From Paraspadella gotoi (taxonomy: Eukaryota; Animalia; Chaetognatha), in contig CM119267.1 of NCBI GenBank assembly GCA_051294375.1, positions 16,036,105 to 16,100,104 on the forward strand: 64,000 nucleotides of DNA. The letters run 5' to 3'. Position numbers and translations under genes: made by a program. Below the pieces are notes generated by a model that was not told the DNA's origin, ran no database searches, and saw only the letters and a program-made list of their open reading frames with translations. This document shows positions 13,902-27,344 of the stretch, piece after piece. The first letter of the stretch is position 1; the number at the start of each line of letters is the position of its first letter.

Positions 13902-14961
13902 AACATTCTTGGAATGCACGTGGGCGCGGCGCAAGCCAAGGCTGAGAGGGCAGTCGTTTCTGGTCGCGGAGAGACAATTACAACACCATAAAGAGATCTT
14001 GTTTAAAAATGGAAGGAATAGTGAAGGGAGAGAAAGGAAAAGAGATGAAGGATAAAGGAAAATGGAATCTACGGGAATAAGAGAAGGAATAAAAAGGGAG
14101 TCATGGTTAAAATATATATGTATTTAAAAAATATATATATAGTGTATAATAAAATATAAAGATTGAAAAGATCACTACCATTATACTATTTATGATTAAC
14201 ACTCATTCATTATCTTTATCATCTTTTTTCAGTTTTTATTTAATTCAATTTTTTTCCTTTTACCCACACGAGAACGCCTAAAAACGCTCATGACAAAATA
14301 ACCGAGGAAAACAAAACAAAAACAACCCAAAACAATAAAAAACCAAATCCGGACCCGAAAAACAAGGAAACTTAATGAAAGCGGACGAAGAGAGGCGAGA
14401 ATAAAATAAACAGGAGAAAAAAAAAGGAGGAGGACGAGAGGAGGAGAAGGGAATAATAGGATCTTGACAAGAAAAGATGAAAAAGAAAGGGGGGAGGTAG
14501 GAAACGAGGAGGAGGAAGAGGAGTGGAGGAGGTAGAGAGCAGGGGTGGGCGCGTAGAGGGAGACGGTCCCTCGACGTAACCCGGTAAACGAAAAAAAAAA
14601 AAAAAAGAAAAAAAAAAAAAAAAAAAAAATAAAGGGGGAAAGAATCAAAAGAGGGGGAAAAAAAAAAAAAGCGCATGTCGGCATTAACTAATTAGGGATT
14701 GGGGAAATGAAGAAACTGGAGGCAGGAAGAAGAGCGAGGAGGAGGAGAGCCGGGTCGATGGAACCGGAGGAACAGAAGAATGGAGGAAGTATGACTACGT
14801 GACTTGGGAAGGAGGAGATAGAGGGGGGAAGGAGAGAAGGGGAGGAGGGGGATAATAAGTACTAAGTAGGGGCAGTGAGAGAAAGCCGATGGACGCGACT
14901 GCCTGAAGTTAAGGAAAAAAAGAAAAAGAAAAAAAAAGAGAGATAGAGAAGAAATCAGGTG

Positions 14962-17177
14962 TAAAAAAAAAAAATAAAGAGAATAAGAGAGGAAGGTAAG
15001 AAGTTTCAGAGGAGAAGAGATGAGGCCATGAGGAGGAAGAGGAGAGGAGAACGGAGGACGTTAGTCCTGATGGCTAAAAAAAAAAACCACACAAAGGGTC
15101 ATTTACCCTTTCGAGGTTGATCGGGGGATTGTTGAATCGGTTGTTTCCACCGAATCAATCATTTATGACTGGATTTTCTTTTGCATCGAGAGTTATATTA
15201 GGAGTCAAGTGGGAGGCTTCTCGCTTTCAAATAGTTGTTAAAGAGTAAAAGGAAACTGACTTTAACTGGATTGGTGGGTGGTCGAAAAAGAGTTCAAGGT
15301 GGTTGCGAGGTGGTTTTTTTTCGGACGATGTTCGTCCGCTCTGAGTCTATAAGTAAGTCGAGTCGACTCGACGTGAACAAAACGTGAAGTTCAATTGAAG
15401 CCACGAGTGATGGGGAAAGATGACTGGCTTCACGGTATAGGAGAGAAAAAAAACGTGTCACGCTGTACGGATAAATGTAAAGGGGCAGGCTGATTCGTGT
15501 GTTCATTGTTAATAATAGTCACTGACTATTAGGTCAGGCGTCTCCTGAATTGCCAGCAGAAAGCAAAAGGAAAATTCTCGGCCGAAAAAAAAAAAACAGA
15601 AACTGTTTGAAAACAAATAAAATCAAGTTTTTAAAACCCGAAGCGGAAACGAGGATAAAAGGAATATAAACAAAACGAAAGAAAAACAAAACAAGAAACA
15701 ACAAAACTAAAAGAAGAAAGAAAAAGAAAGGGAAACAAAACAACAGAGAAAAATAGGAAGGAGTCGAGAAACGACTAGTAAGGACGCTTTTAATGACAAA
15801 GGGAAGGGCAAAAAACAAAAATAGAAAGATGAGAGAGACTAGAGAGAGACGAGAGAGAGAGAGAGATGCAGAGAGAGAGAGAGAGAGAGAGAAGTAGAGG
15901 AGAGACTCGAGAGGAGAGAGAGAGAGAGAGAGAAAGAAATTCGGAAAGCCAAAACTCGTAGCCTGCGAAATTCCAAACGTCTCGCCGACGAAGAAGATGA
16001 AAAAAAAAGAACAAAAGGAAGAAGAAAAAAAAGGGAAAAAAGAGGTAAACGAGCGGAACGATCAATGAGATAAGTCGCGCCCATATGTTTCCTTTCAAGA
16101 AAGATAAAAAAAGGCAAAGGAAATAAAACAAAAAAAGGACTTTCGAGCAAATAAAAAAATTAACGCGGAGAATAAGAGAGAGAGAGCAGAAAGATAAAGA
16201 GAAAAAGAGAGATGATAGTAGAGAGCGAGAGGACTAGTGGAAGGTTAGCGAGAAAAACAAACAATGAGAGGAGGAAAGGGAGGAGAGAGGAAGAGGTCAG
16301 GAGGAAAATAGAGGAGCGAGAAGGAAGAGTCGAGGTCGAGAAAGAAAGAGAAAGAAAAGGTTTGCAAAAAAAGAAAAAGGAGGAGATAAAGAAATAGGGA
16401 AGAAGCGAGAAATAAAAGGAAGGAGGAATATGAAATGAGAAAGAAAAACGAAGGGCCAAAAAAAAAAAAAGAACTTAGGGGAGAAGATCTAAAAAAAAAG
16501 AGGCAGGAAAATAAAATAAAGAAAAAAACCTTAAAACTAAATTAAAAAAAACAAAAAACAAAAATAACAACTGTTGAACCCAGTAAATTAAAAAAAGAAA
16601 ACATAAAAAAAAGAAAAGAAAGAACCAAAAAAAAAAGGAAAAGGAAAAACTGAGGACGGAAGAAAAAAAAAAAAAAAAAGGAAAAAAAAAGGGTAGGGCA
16701 AGCAGATGAACAGAGATCAATAAGAGGGCAAATGATAAAGCGGCCTGCGGACAAAAAGGACGAAAAAAACGATGACGAAAAGACAAAAAAGACAAAAAAG
16801 AGCAAAAAAGACAAAAACAAGACAAAAAAAGACACACAGCAGGTAGAAAAAAATAAATGCGAAAAAGGGGAAAAGATCGGAACAAAAGAGAGAAACTCCT
16901 GTAACAGTCTGTTAAACACTCGTTTCTTTAAAAACTGTTTCATGAGATCTCTTACATAGTTTGTTTATATTTTACAGCTTCATATGAAAAATACGAGCCA
17001 CGATGATTTAAGTTGTCTGATGACCTTTCTTGAGCCACGGAGCTTACCCATTGGGGGCGTAAGTTTTAAAATAAATAATAATAGAAATAAAAACTGAAGG
17101 CTAACTACTTGAGAAGCTCGACACGGATTCCCTCGATACTATAAATTCACTTTCTTATAAAACGCATCGAAGAAATT

Positions 17178-17185
<8 letters not shown>
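14962..17185 (+). repeat. Duplicated block A, copy 2
   Basis: Direct repeat of 2518-5185. It ends in a (CT)n tract (17182-17265) that joins to the inverted block B copy. Confidence 0.92.
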
Positions 17186-17240
<55 letters not shown>

Positions 17241-17269
17241 CATCTTCCTCTCTCTTCCTCTCTCTAACC

Positions 17270-18446
17270 CGAGCAAACAGGGCAAAAAGGTGTCGGCACA
17301 TCCAAGGAAATTACGAAAAGAATAGTTTCGCCGATTCAGTCATTTAATCAATCGTTCTCTATCCATTCATTGTAATTGGCCATATTATACAAAACCGCCC
17401 TCGTTTCTCAGTTTATATTCAGAGTTTAAAATGATGTCAGCAGTCTCGGTATATAGGACGAAAGAATACAGGGCAGAGATAACACGTATATTTAATATTA
17501 GGGCTTAAGCATTCGGACTTAGAAATATGAGGAAACTTAAATTTGAAAGTTAGAATTCAGTTTAGGATTAAAGGAAAGGAATGGGGCGCTTTACGAAAAA
17601 ATAGTACCGATATCTCAGTATTACGTTTGTTGTTTGACTCATACTTCACGAGCGTCAATTTTTCCAGCCGGTATTTCCAATCTAACATAATTTAATTTAC
17701 TACGTTCATCACTGATTCAATTTCGACAATCCGATCAGTTTGCTTTTTTTTCCGGCAAAATCTGTCTCACAGTGGTTCATATATTGATAAAATTATCGGA
17801 TTACAGTTTATGTCGTCGACTTTTTATATGGAACCCTGATGCCACGGAGAGGGGCGGCCGGCGGCGGCCAGGCGGACGGCGGCGGAAGGAGGCGCGGCGG
17901 CGGCGGCGGCGGCCATTCCGCTCACGTAGACGGTTAACCATTTTTTTTCCACACAGATTTTTTACTATTTCTTTTTCGTCTTCTTTTCTTTTCTTTTTTT
18001 TTTTATTTATTTATTCACCTCGCTCATTTTTCCCATATTCCTTGGACGTCGCTTCCTTTCCTTTTTCTTTTTTCTTTTTTTTTTGGGGGGGTTTTCTTCT
18101 TTTTTTAACTTCGTCGATCTTTCTTTCTTCATCTCCGTTTATCGGCAGCGCATAGAATGGAGAATTGAAACCTGGGCATATGGCGCAAGGTGGGTACGGT
18201 ATCTTCTCTCTCCTACTCTCGTCTCTCTCCATCCTCATCCCTCTCTCTTTTTCTCAGCCTCTAAAAATACGAAAATTTCAGCGTCGATTATCACAGGTGG
18301 CATTTGGTTGTGTTTTCGCGCGGGTTTTTCGCCTCGTTCGTCCATTTACGTCCAATTTCGTATCTGAAGATTTACAAGAGTATTCTATGAATTGGTACAA
18401 CCAATATAGTTAATATTATGTTAAATGTTATACATGGTTGAATGAC
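17270..18446 (-). repeat. Inverted partial copy of block B (reverse complement of ~6457-7665)
   Basis: aaaaatagtaccgatatctcagtattacg (~17600) is the reverse complement of ~7298-7328; tacatggttgaatgac (18431-18446) is the reverse complement of gtcattcaaccatgta (~6457). Confidence 0.9.
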
Positions 18447-20673
18447 CAGTGACACAATGAAAAATGGCGTAACGTTACTGTTCACGTTCATAAAAAAAAA
18501 ATTCACTGTTCAATATTATTATACTTCTTTTTATTTTTTTGAAAACGTTATAGTTTTATATGCTTGAATAATCAAAATATCAACTGCAAAATCTTTTTTT
18601 TGTTTTTTTGAATATGACCTGAATATAGGGTGAAAGATGATAATTTTTTTAAATAAGTTCTTATTCAATTTAATTCTAGAAATTGTAATAGAACAAATAA
18701 AAAAATAATAGTACTAAATAGTTAGTGTTATGTCTCAATAAATGGAAAAAAAACCTCATTTAAAAATTTGATCGGGAAGTGGGGTAATTAAGGCTTACAA
18801 TGGCATCCTCCTTTCCACGCCGATTGTTCTCTCAATAATTTTTTTTATTTAATACATTTGAAAAGGAAAAAAAGAAAATTTGGAATGCAGGTTGCAGAAA
18901 AGGGTAGAATAATCTGGACTTATGACAATGATAACCATGACTTTTAATACCTTGTAAACCGGGGGCAGTAAAGAAATCAAAATTTCATCATTAATCAGTC
19001 ACATAAACCCCTTCTATGGGCCTATTACGAAAAATATTATTTCTTTTTAATGGATGATAAATAATCAAATTAAATTCCTTGCTATATGTAAAAAAAAATA
19101 TCAATACAATTAACACAATGATGTTTTGCTTTGTCAAATACTGTTACCAGTATATAATTTTTTTATCAACTTTAATATCGATAAAACAAGCGTGCGTCAA
19201 GCTTTAATTTGCAGTTAAAAGATAATGAAAAATGAACGATTTTTTTCACAGACAAGAAAGTAGATGTCCAGAGCTGTTTATATCGAAGCTGAAAACATTT
19301 TTGTATTTATCATTTTTAATATTTAAAAATATATTTATCAAGCATACATAAATACTTTTGCTGTTTTTCTTTAACTTCAAATATAAGCAATTTATGGAAA
19401 AAAAAAATTAATAATAAACAAATGTATTCAGTCTTTCCTTTTCAAATTACAAGAAAAAGAAAAAATTTCATATGTCCTTCATGAAATTTTTAAGAAACTA
19501 GTTATCCTTTTAACTCTGATTTAAACAAGCTGTGTAAAGATTTATGATTTAATTTAATAAAACTCTTTTAGAAAGGTGTCCATGATAGGGCTTTAATTGA
19601 TACCATCCACTTGCTGACCTCTCCTCTTCAAAAGTTATTTAAAAAATAACGTTTTTTAAATTACGAAGTACAAATCTTGTTAAATAAAATTTCGGCCAAA
19701 GCGGCGAGTATTCACTATTTCTGTTGGTAAAATACATTAAATTTCAAAATAAAACTGAAGAAAATTTTTTTTGTCACTTTAGAGAAACATATCAACTTTC
19801 AGATGTACCCATTGCGTATAATAAATTATTTATTTATTTCCTCAAAAAAGCCTAATTAGAAAAGTTGAAATTTTTTTCAAATTGTTGAAAAAATTTTCAT
19901 CCGACCTATGCTCATTGAGAATAATGGTTTTTGCATAAGAAAATAAAATATCAAAAAAATAAAAAAATCAGCCTCTAAAAAATCGAAAGGCTAGAGGCTG
20001 ATTTTTTTAGAATTGCAAAATTTTTTTCCTACTCATAATCCATTATTTCCCTCAGTTTCACACATATTTTTTTCCAAAAATCATTCCAATCAATTTTTTT
20101 ATTAAATTAAAATGTTTTATGATGTTGTTTTTGTTTGAAAGATTGAAAAAAGTTGAAAATATAGTAATTATATAGGTTCATTGAACCTTTATCTAACTAC
20201 ACTTACGCACAGGGGAGTAAAGCAGGAAACTTCCCATTCCCTCAAGACATTGATGAATTTTGTACCATATTGTTATATCTAATTATTGCTATTACAAAAC
20301 AAATGATTCATATAAATCTGAGGCATGAGGTGGGTAAAAATATTCCATCTTGTCTCCGGTTACTATTAGGTTTCGTTAAAGTTTGTTTTAATAATATAAT
20401 TTATTCTATATATTATTTGATTATAAAACGCACATGGCTAAATTTTGTAAGCGTTTCGAGACATAATATTGCTCATTTTTATTTACTTTCTTTTACTAGT
20501 TACACTTTTTTGGTTTGATGGTCACACAGGTTATGTCAGATACAGATATGATCAATATAATTTAATATTGACCAAAAGTAGTGGATCATAATTATGGCTC
20601 AGGAAACGATTTTACAAGGGACAAAACATACACAACGACAGAAGTAATTCGCCACGTTTTTCATTGATATATG
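18447..20673. mobile_element. TIR-flanked ~2.2 kb insertion, putative non-autonomous DNA transposon
   Basis: Interrupts the inverted block B copy and is absent at the homologous sites (~6445-6460, ~23055-23075). Left TIR CAATGAAAAA-TGGCGTAACGTTACT (18455-18479) matches the reverse complement of 20637-20666, CAATGAAAAACGTGGCGAATTACT. CAG occurs at both junctions (18447, 20674). No transposase ORF recognised. Confidence 0.7.
19960..20009. other. Perfect 18-bp inverted repeat (hairpin) inside the insertion
   Basis: TAAAAAAATCAGCCTCTA (19960-19977) / TAGAGGCTGATTTTTTTA (19992-20009), 14-nt loop. Confidence 0.85.
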
Positions 20674-21320
20674 CAGACTTACAACTTGTTTTTGAATATA
20701 TATTTATTTAACCTCAGAATATTACACATTTATAAAAAAATAAATCAAAACACATAACCACATATTAATAAATACGTCACATGATGATTTCTTGACTTTC
20801 TATTTCATGTTTTATTTTTTTCAAATCGCAATAAATTTTTCCTCGTTGTTACCATTTTGTTTTGACTTAAATCTAATCTCCCATAAATTATTCATTCATA
20901 TCTTTTCTACATATATCCCACCACACAATCACAACACACCCACTTAAAGTGTCCAGTAGAACAATTTTCATATATAAATAACTGACAAAATCGAAAATCG
21001 AGCGACCTTAAAAGACGTAGACAAAAAAAATAAAAGAATTTTGAAAAAAAAAAGAAGTCCTGAAGACTCTCGACGAGAAAGCTCAGAAATAAATTTTTTG
21101 CATAAAATATATTATTTTTTTTTATTCTGTCTTCTGCGTCCGAATTTGCGATGTTTATTCCTTGAAGCGGAAAAAATCAAAATGCGGAAAGACAACGATT
21201 TATGCACACACAATGCCAAACGTTCACAGATATCTCATTATATATTTAAAGTATTTTTGTGCAATATAGGTTTGCGTGAAATTCTATTATATCCCTATAT
21301 TCCCCTCCACCCTCTCTCTC
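20674..21320 (-). repeat. Inverted partial copy of block B (reverse complement of ~5825-6455), noisy
   Basis: aggtttgcgtgaaattctat (~21270), aaatcaaaatgcggaa (~21175) and tttcctcgttgttacc (~20838) are reverse complements of the start of block B. Confidence 0.82.
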
Positions 21321-22440
21321 TCTTCTTATACTCATCCTTTTTCTTTATCCATTCATTCATCTCTCTCATCTTCATACATATTCATCACATCTCTCCTCAG
21401 TTCCTCCTCTCTCGTCTCTCTCCTCTCTAACCACTCACCACACATCAGCTACTCTCTCATCTCCAGTCTTTATGTACCTGAGGATCTCAGTGACAAGGCC
21501 GATTATTTAGCGATTTTGACGTCGTTATCGCGTCAGTCGTCGAGCTCAGACGTGAGAGCAGAGAGTTAACTTAGCACCCCGCAAAAAAGTCCACAATCTT
21601 TGGTTACAAATAGTCGTCCGCATAATACACCTCGGTCGTCATCATCATCACATACATCATTTCATTCATATCATCATCCATCATATCATCATCAATGGAC
21701 GATAAAAAAACAAATAACATTAAATTTCTCAATGATTGTACAAATGAAACACAGAGTTTCCTGTCCCTTATTATACAGGTGTAGGGCGTATTAAATCTAT
21801 CAATCTATCATTACTAACTATTAAAAACTTCGCTTACCAATATTCCAATAAACGCTCAATCATCAGAGGCTCCTCCATTATTCCCTGCGCCAGTCTCCCT
21901 TCTCATCTTTACCGCGCCCTCTCTCTCTTCTCCTCTCTTTTAGCCCTGTCCCCCCTCCTCTCCCCCCTCTTTCAAGATCTTGCTCTCCCCTTTCTTCTTC
22001 ATTGGCCAGTCGTGTCGTCGTCGTGTCGTACGTCGTCGTTTTTTTTCGCACGAAGATAGAGATTTTAAAAATCTTTCTGTTGCTGGCTCACAATCATCTT
22101 TTTCATCCACCTCCGCTCCTCGACCTCTCCTCGCTCTCCTCTCCTCCTCCCTCTTCCGTATCCTCATCATACTCTCTCTCTTCTCATCTCTCTCTGCTCT
22201 CTCTTCTCTTCGTCTCTCTCTCTCCTCTCTCTCTCACGGCACTCCTCTTGAGTTTTTTTCTCGTTTCTTTCATACGTTAAGGATTTTGTCTTTCTGATTC
22301 GATTTTTTATATTTCTGATCGAAGATTCGTTTTTATTTCATTCAAACGCATTTTCATTACTTTTTTTTTTCCAGCATCTAATAAATCGTCCGGTATTGAA
22401 TAAAACCAAGAGAAGTCACCCATTTGCGTCTTCAATATCC

Positions 22441-23282
22441 GAGAGAGAGAGAGAGGGTGAGGGGATAGAGGAAAATAGAATTTCACGCAAAACCTATATG
22501 ACACAAAAAATACTTTAAATATATTAATAAGATCTTGGAGATCTTGGGCATTTTGTGCATAAATTCGTTCGTCCTTCCGCATTTGATTTTTTTCCGCTTC
22601 AAGGATAAACATCGCAAATTCGAGACAGAAACAGAATAAAAAAAAATAATATATTTTATGCATAAAAATTTATTTCTGAGCTTCTCGCTCGAGAGTCTTA
22701 GGACTTTCTTTTTTTTTCAAAATTCTTTTATTTTTTTTTTGCATTTCCTCTTTTTTAAAGCGTCGCTCGATTCGATTTTGTCATTTTATATTATTATAAA
22801 AAGTCTGATCGGGACACTTTTTTAAGGGGGGAGTGTTTGTGAAAAATAAAGACGATAGGAAAATATTAGGGAGATTTAATTTTAAAGTCAAAACAAAAGG
22901 TAACACGAGGAAAAATTTTATTGCGATTTAAAAAATTTAGAAAGACAAAGAGAGAAAACAAGAAATATTTCATTCAGTTATTCTAACGAATATGATTATG
23001 GTTTTGATTATTTTTTTTATAAATGAGATCCCTGAGTTAAAAAAGATAATATTCAAACAAGTTTTGGAACTGGTCATTCAACCATGTATAACATTAACAT
23101 AATATTAACATTATATTGGTTGTACCAATTTCATAGAATACTCTTGTAAAATCTTCAGAAACGAAATTGTAGACGTAATGGACGAAACGAGCGAAAAACC
23201 GCGCGAACACAACCAAATGCCCACCTGTGATAATCGACCTGAATTTTCGTATTTTTATGGCTTGAGAAAAAGAGAGAGGAAC

Positions 23283-23313
<31 letters not shown>

Positions 23314-23658
23314 TACCGATAATCGCCACCATTGCCGCAAAGGCTGCCGCAGGTTTCAATTCCCATCTCTATGCGCTGCGATAGAAACGGAGATGAAAGA
23401 AAGAAAGATCCGACGAAGTTTAAAAAAAAGAAGAAAAACGGCGCCCCCGAATAAAAAAAATGAAAACAGAAAAAGGAAAGGACGAGCGACGTCAGACGAA
23501 AATAGGGGGAAAATGAGCGAGGTGAANNNNNNNNNNNNNNNNNNNNNNNNNNNNNNNNNNNNNNNNNNNNNNNNNNNNNNNNNNNNNNNNNNNNNNNNNN
23601 NNNNNNNNNNNNNNNNNNNNNNNNNNNGGTGTCGCCTTTGAAGGCCGCTTTCCCCTGA

Positions 23659-23691
<33 letters not shown>

Positions 23692-26600
23692 CTCCGTGGC
23701 ATCCAAGTTCCATAAATAAAAAAGTCGACGACATAAACTTTAACCGATAATTTTTTTTATTTCAAATAATGAACCACGAGGACAGATTTTTTGGCGGAAA
23801 AAAGCAAACGATCGGACGTCGAAATTGAATCAGTGATGAATTCAGTAGTAAAATTAAATTATTTTAGCATTGAAATACGGCTTGGAAAATGACGCTCGAT
23901 GAATTATGAGTCAACAACAAACGAATACTGAGATATCGGTACTATTTTCGAAAAGCGCCCCATTCCTTTTCCTTTAATCCCTAAACTGAAATCTAACTTT
24001 AAATTCAATTATAATTGTTTTCCTCATTTCTAATCCGAATGCTTAACCCTAATATTAAATATAATCCTTAACCCTCATCACTCACCTAATACCGAGACCT
24101 GCTGACATCATTTTAAAACCTGAATATAAACTGAAACGAGGCGGTTTTGTATAATATGGCCGAATTATCAATAAATGGATAAGAACGAATTGATAAATGA
24201 CTGAATCGNNNNNNNNNNNNNNNNNNNNNNNNNNNNNNNNNNNNNNNNNNNNNNNNNNNNNNNNNNNNNNNNNNNNNNNNNNNNNNNNNNNNNNNNNNNN
24301 NNNNNNNNNNNNNNNNNNNNNNNNNNNNNNNNNNNNNNNNNNNNNNNNNNNNNNNNNNNNNNNNNNNNNNNNNNNNNNNNNNNNNNNNNNNNNNNNNNNN
24401 NNNNNNNNNNNNNNNNNNNNNNNNNNNNNNNNNNNNNNNNNNNNNNNNNNNNNNNNNNGAGCGAGCCGGAGACAGCGCCATCATGTTGATGGTCATGGGG
24501 AATGAGGGAAATGGTTTATGAAGGCATCGCATTTTGGCGACGGAAGCTGCGAGAGTCGAGACCCGCTTTCCAAAAGAGGGAATAGATGGGATGGGTTGGG
24601 CTGGTTGGGACGTGGTCATTATGGGGGCGGATGGGAATGGACGGGATTGGATGGAATGGTTAGGTGGTGGTCAGGAGGTTAGGAGGTGGTTAGGAGGTGG
24701 TCACCGGGTGGGTAGAGAAACGGAGAAACGGGGAGATCTCAAAGGTGATTGATCTCGTTAAAGAGATGAAAAAAAGAAAAAGGGAATCGTATTTGGGATG
24801 GTGATTCGGGATTGGTTCACTCAACATTTGTTTTAATAGGTTTGAGCCGTTTGATTGGTGAATCACGATCGTGATGCAACGATTATTGTGATCAGGATAG
24901 CTTTAGTTTTGAAGGAATTTTTCTTTTAGTCTGTTTATACTAACTGAACTATCGAAACGAGACGATGAAATGGCCAACGCTTCTTTGATCGACGCATCCA
25001 CGGGATTTTCATCCCCGAAGCGAAGAGATTTGAGGGAAAAGAGATTTTGGCGGGAAAAAANNNNNNNNNNCTGAAGGATCGACGGATGTCTAAACTGACG
25101 TTTGAGCTGACGTCTCGACTGACGGCTGAACAACATCACGGCGGGTGGAATCTTTTCTTTCATCTTCGTTTGTTTGTTAATTATTTATCTCTTTGTTTAC
25201 CAAAGGTTTCTGAATTATCTTCCTTTACGTGATTATAGTTTATTATTTAATTTTATTGCATTTCCTTTTTTAGAAAAAATTAACCGTGTTTTCTTTTTAA
25301 TCAAATTTTTAACTTGGAAAATAAAATTTGATGAACAAGTCAAATAATTTCGCGTAGCATGTCAAGAAACGTTTCTCGTTTCCATATTTTCATCTCGTGT
25401 AATAAATTTAACGAATTTTATTTTCGAAATAAAAACATTGTTTGGGTATATAAAAGAAACTCTGATTTAACGACTTTTGCTGCAACTACTTTAAATCGAA
25501 AGCACACAAGCTTAAGAGAAGTTTGAATAAAAATTCCGTTCTTGCAAAGACCTACNNNNNNNNNNNNNNNNNNNNNNNNNNNNNNNNNNNNNNNNNNNNN
25601 NNNNNNNNNNNNNNNNNNNNNNNNNNNNNNNNNNNNNNNNNNNNNNNNNNNNNNNNNNNNNNNNNNNNNNNNNNNNNNNNNNNNNNNNNNNNNNNNNNNN
25701 NNNNNNNNNNNNNNNNNNNNNNNNNNNNNNNNNNNNNNNNNNNNNNNNNTTTTTTTCTGGTTCGCCCGAAAACGACAGAGAAAAAGTAATAAAACTGGAG
25801 TCAATTTCCATAAAGAAATTTCCGCTTTCTTTGCTCTTTGTTCTTTCGAATGGAAACTTCGAACGTAGTTTTCTTCGTGCGAAATGCGCACGGTGCACGT
25901 TGCACGCGATCGCCTTTCGTCACGCCACGAGGTGACACCGACGACACTGCCATCTCCTTTCCCCTTTTGCGCCATATTCCCTTTTAGATTGGAATTCTCG
26001 GATTGCTCTTTTTTTTTTCGCTCGTTTTTCTTACTCGACCTTACCCGCCTTACGTCCCGTTCCATGCCATACCGTAACATGCCTCTGCTTGCCATGCCTC
26101 GCCCTCGACTTCCCTTGGCGCTATTTGACATGGCCTGTCCTTCCTCCTACTCGTCAAATCCGTTAGAAAAATCACGAAACAAAGCAAAGAAAGCGAAAAT
26201 TAATTAGAAATTTAAATTAAAAAAAAAAAAAACGATTAAAATTTGAAATGAAAGTGAATTCGATTGGAACTCGGCTGAGACGACGACGATGAGAACGACG
26301 ACAGTCAAGACGACGACGACGACGACGACGACGACGCTGTCGTAGTTGACGACGTTGACGCAAAAGTTCACGTGATCGGAATTTGACTTCAGAAAATTGT
26401 GNNNNNNNNNNNNNNNNNNNNNNNNNNNNNNNNNNNNNNNNNNNNNNNNNNNNNNNNNNNNNNNNNNNNNNNNNNNNNNNNNNNNNNNNNNNNNNNNNNN
26501 NNNNNNNNNNNNNNNNNNNNNNNNNNNNNNNNNNNNNNNNNNNNNNNNNNNNNNNNNNNNNNNNNNNNNNNNNNNNNNNNNNNNNNNNNNNNNNNNNNNN

Positions 26601-27296
26601 NNNNNNNNNNNNNNNNNNNNNNNNNNNNNNNNNNNNNNNNNNNNNNNNNNNNNNNNNNNNNNNNNNNNNNNNNNNNNNNNNNNNNNNNNNNNNNNNNNNN
26701 NNNNNNNNNNNNNNNNNNNNNNNNNNNNNNNNNNNNNNNNNNNNNNNNNNNNNNNNNNNNNNNNNNNNNNNNNNNNNNNNNNNNNNNNNNNNNNNNNNNN
26801 NNNNNNNNNNNNNNNNNNNNNNNNNNNNNNNNNNNNNNNNNNNNNNNNNNNNNNNNNNNNNNNNNNNNNNNNNNNNNNNNNNNNNNNNNNNNNNNNNNNN
26901 NNNNNNNNNNNNNNNNNNNTATCGCGTTTTAATAATTGATATTTTCTTGGTTATCGATTACGGAAAAAAAAATGTCGAAAAAGAAAAAGAAGCGAAATCT
27001 TAAAGTTGATCCCAATATTTTGACAACACTAACCTACCTAGTCTACTCAAATATTGACAAATATATAAAATGTAGAAGAAGTAATTTTATTTATCTTGTT
27101 ACCGGAGATTCAAGTTCATTGGCTTTTAGAGTCTATATGAAACTTTTCGGTCGGAAAAAAAAAATCTGGGTGATTTGAAAAAAAAGTGGTCAGCAGCCTC
27201 GATTTGAACCAGCGCACCTGAGACGAAGAATTTGACAACCTGACGGGCGATCGGAGACGAAGGGTAATCGCTTTCCCTCCTTATTTTGGGGCAAAA

Positions 27297-27344
<48 letters not shown>

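Noticed and set aside
18447-20673. Transposase coding sequence in this insertion or in 31192-33767
   Set aside because: No ORF over ~85 aa and no DDE motif recognised. Indel noise could hide one, so a frameshift-aware search is still worthwhile.
26383-27003. Long ORFs spanning N runs
   Set aside because: Open only because N codons contain no stops.
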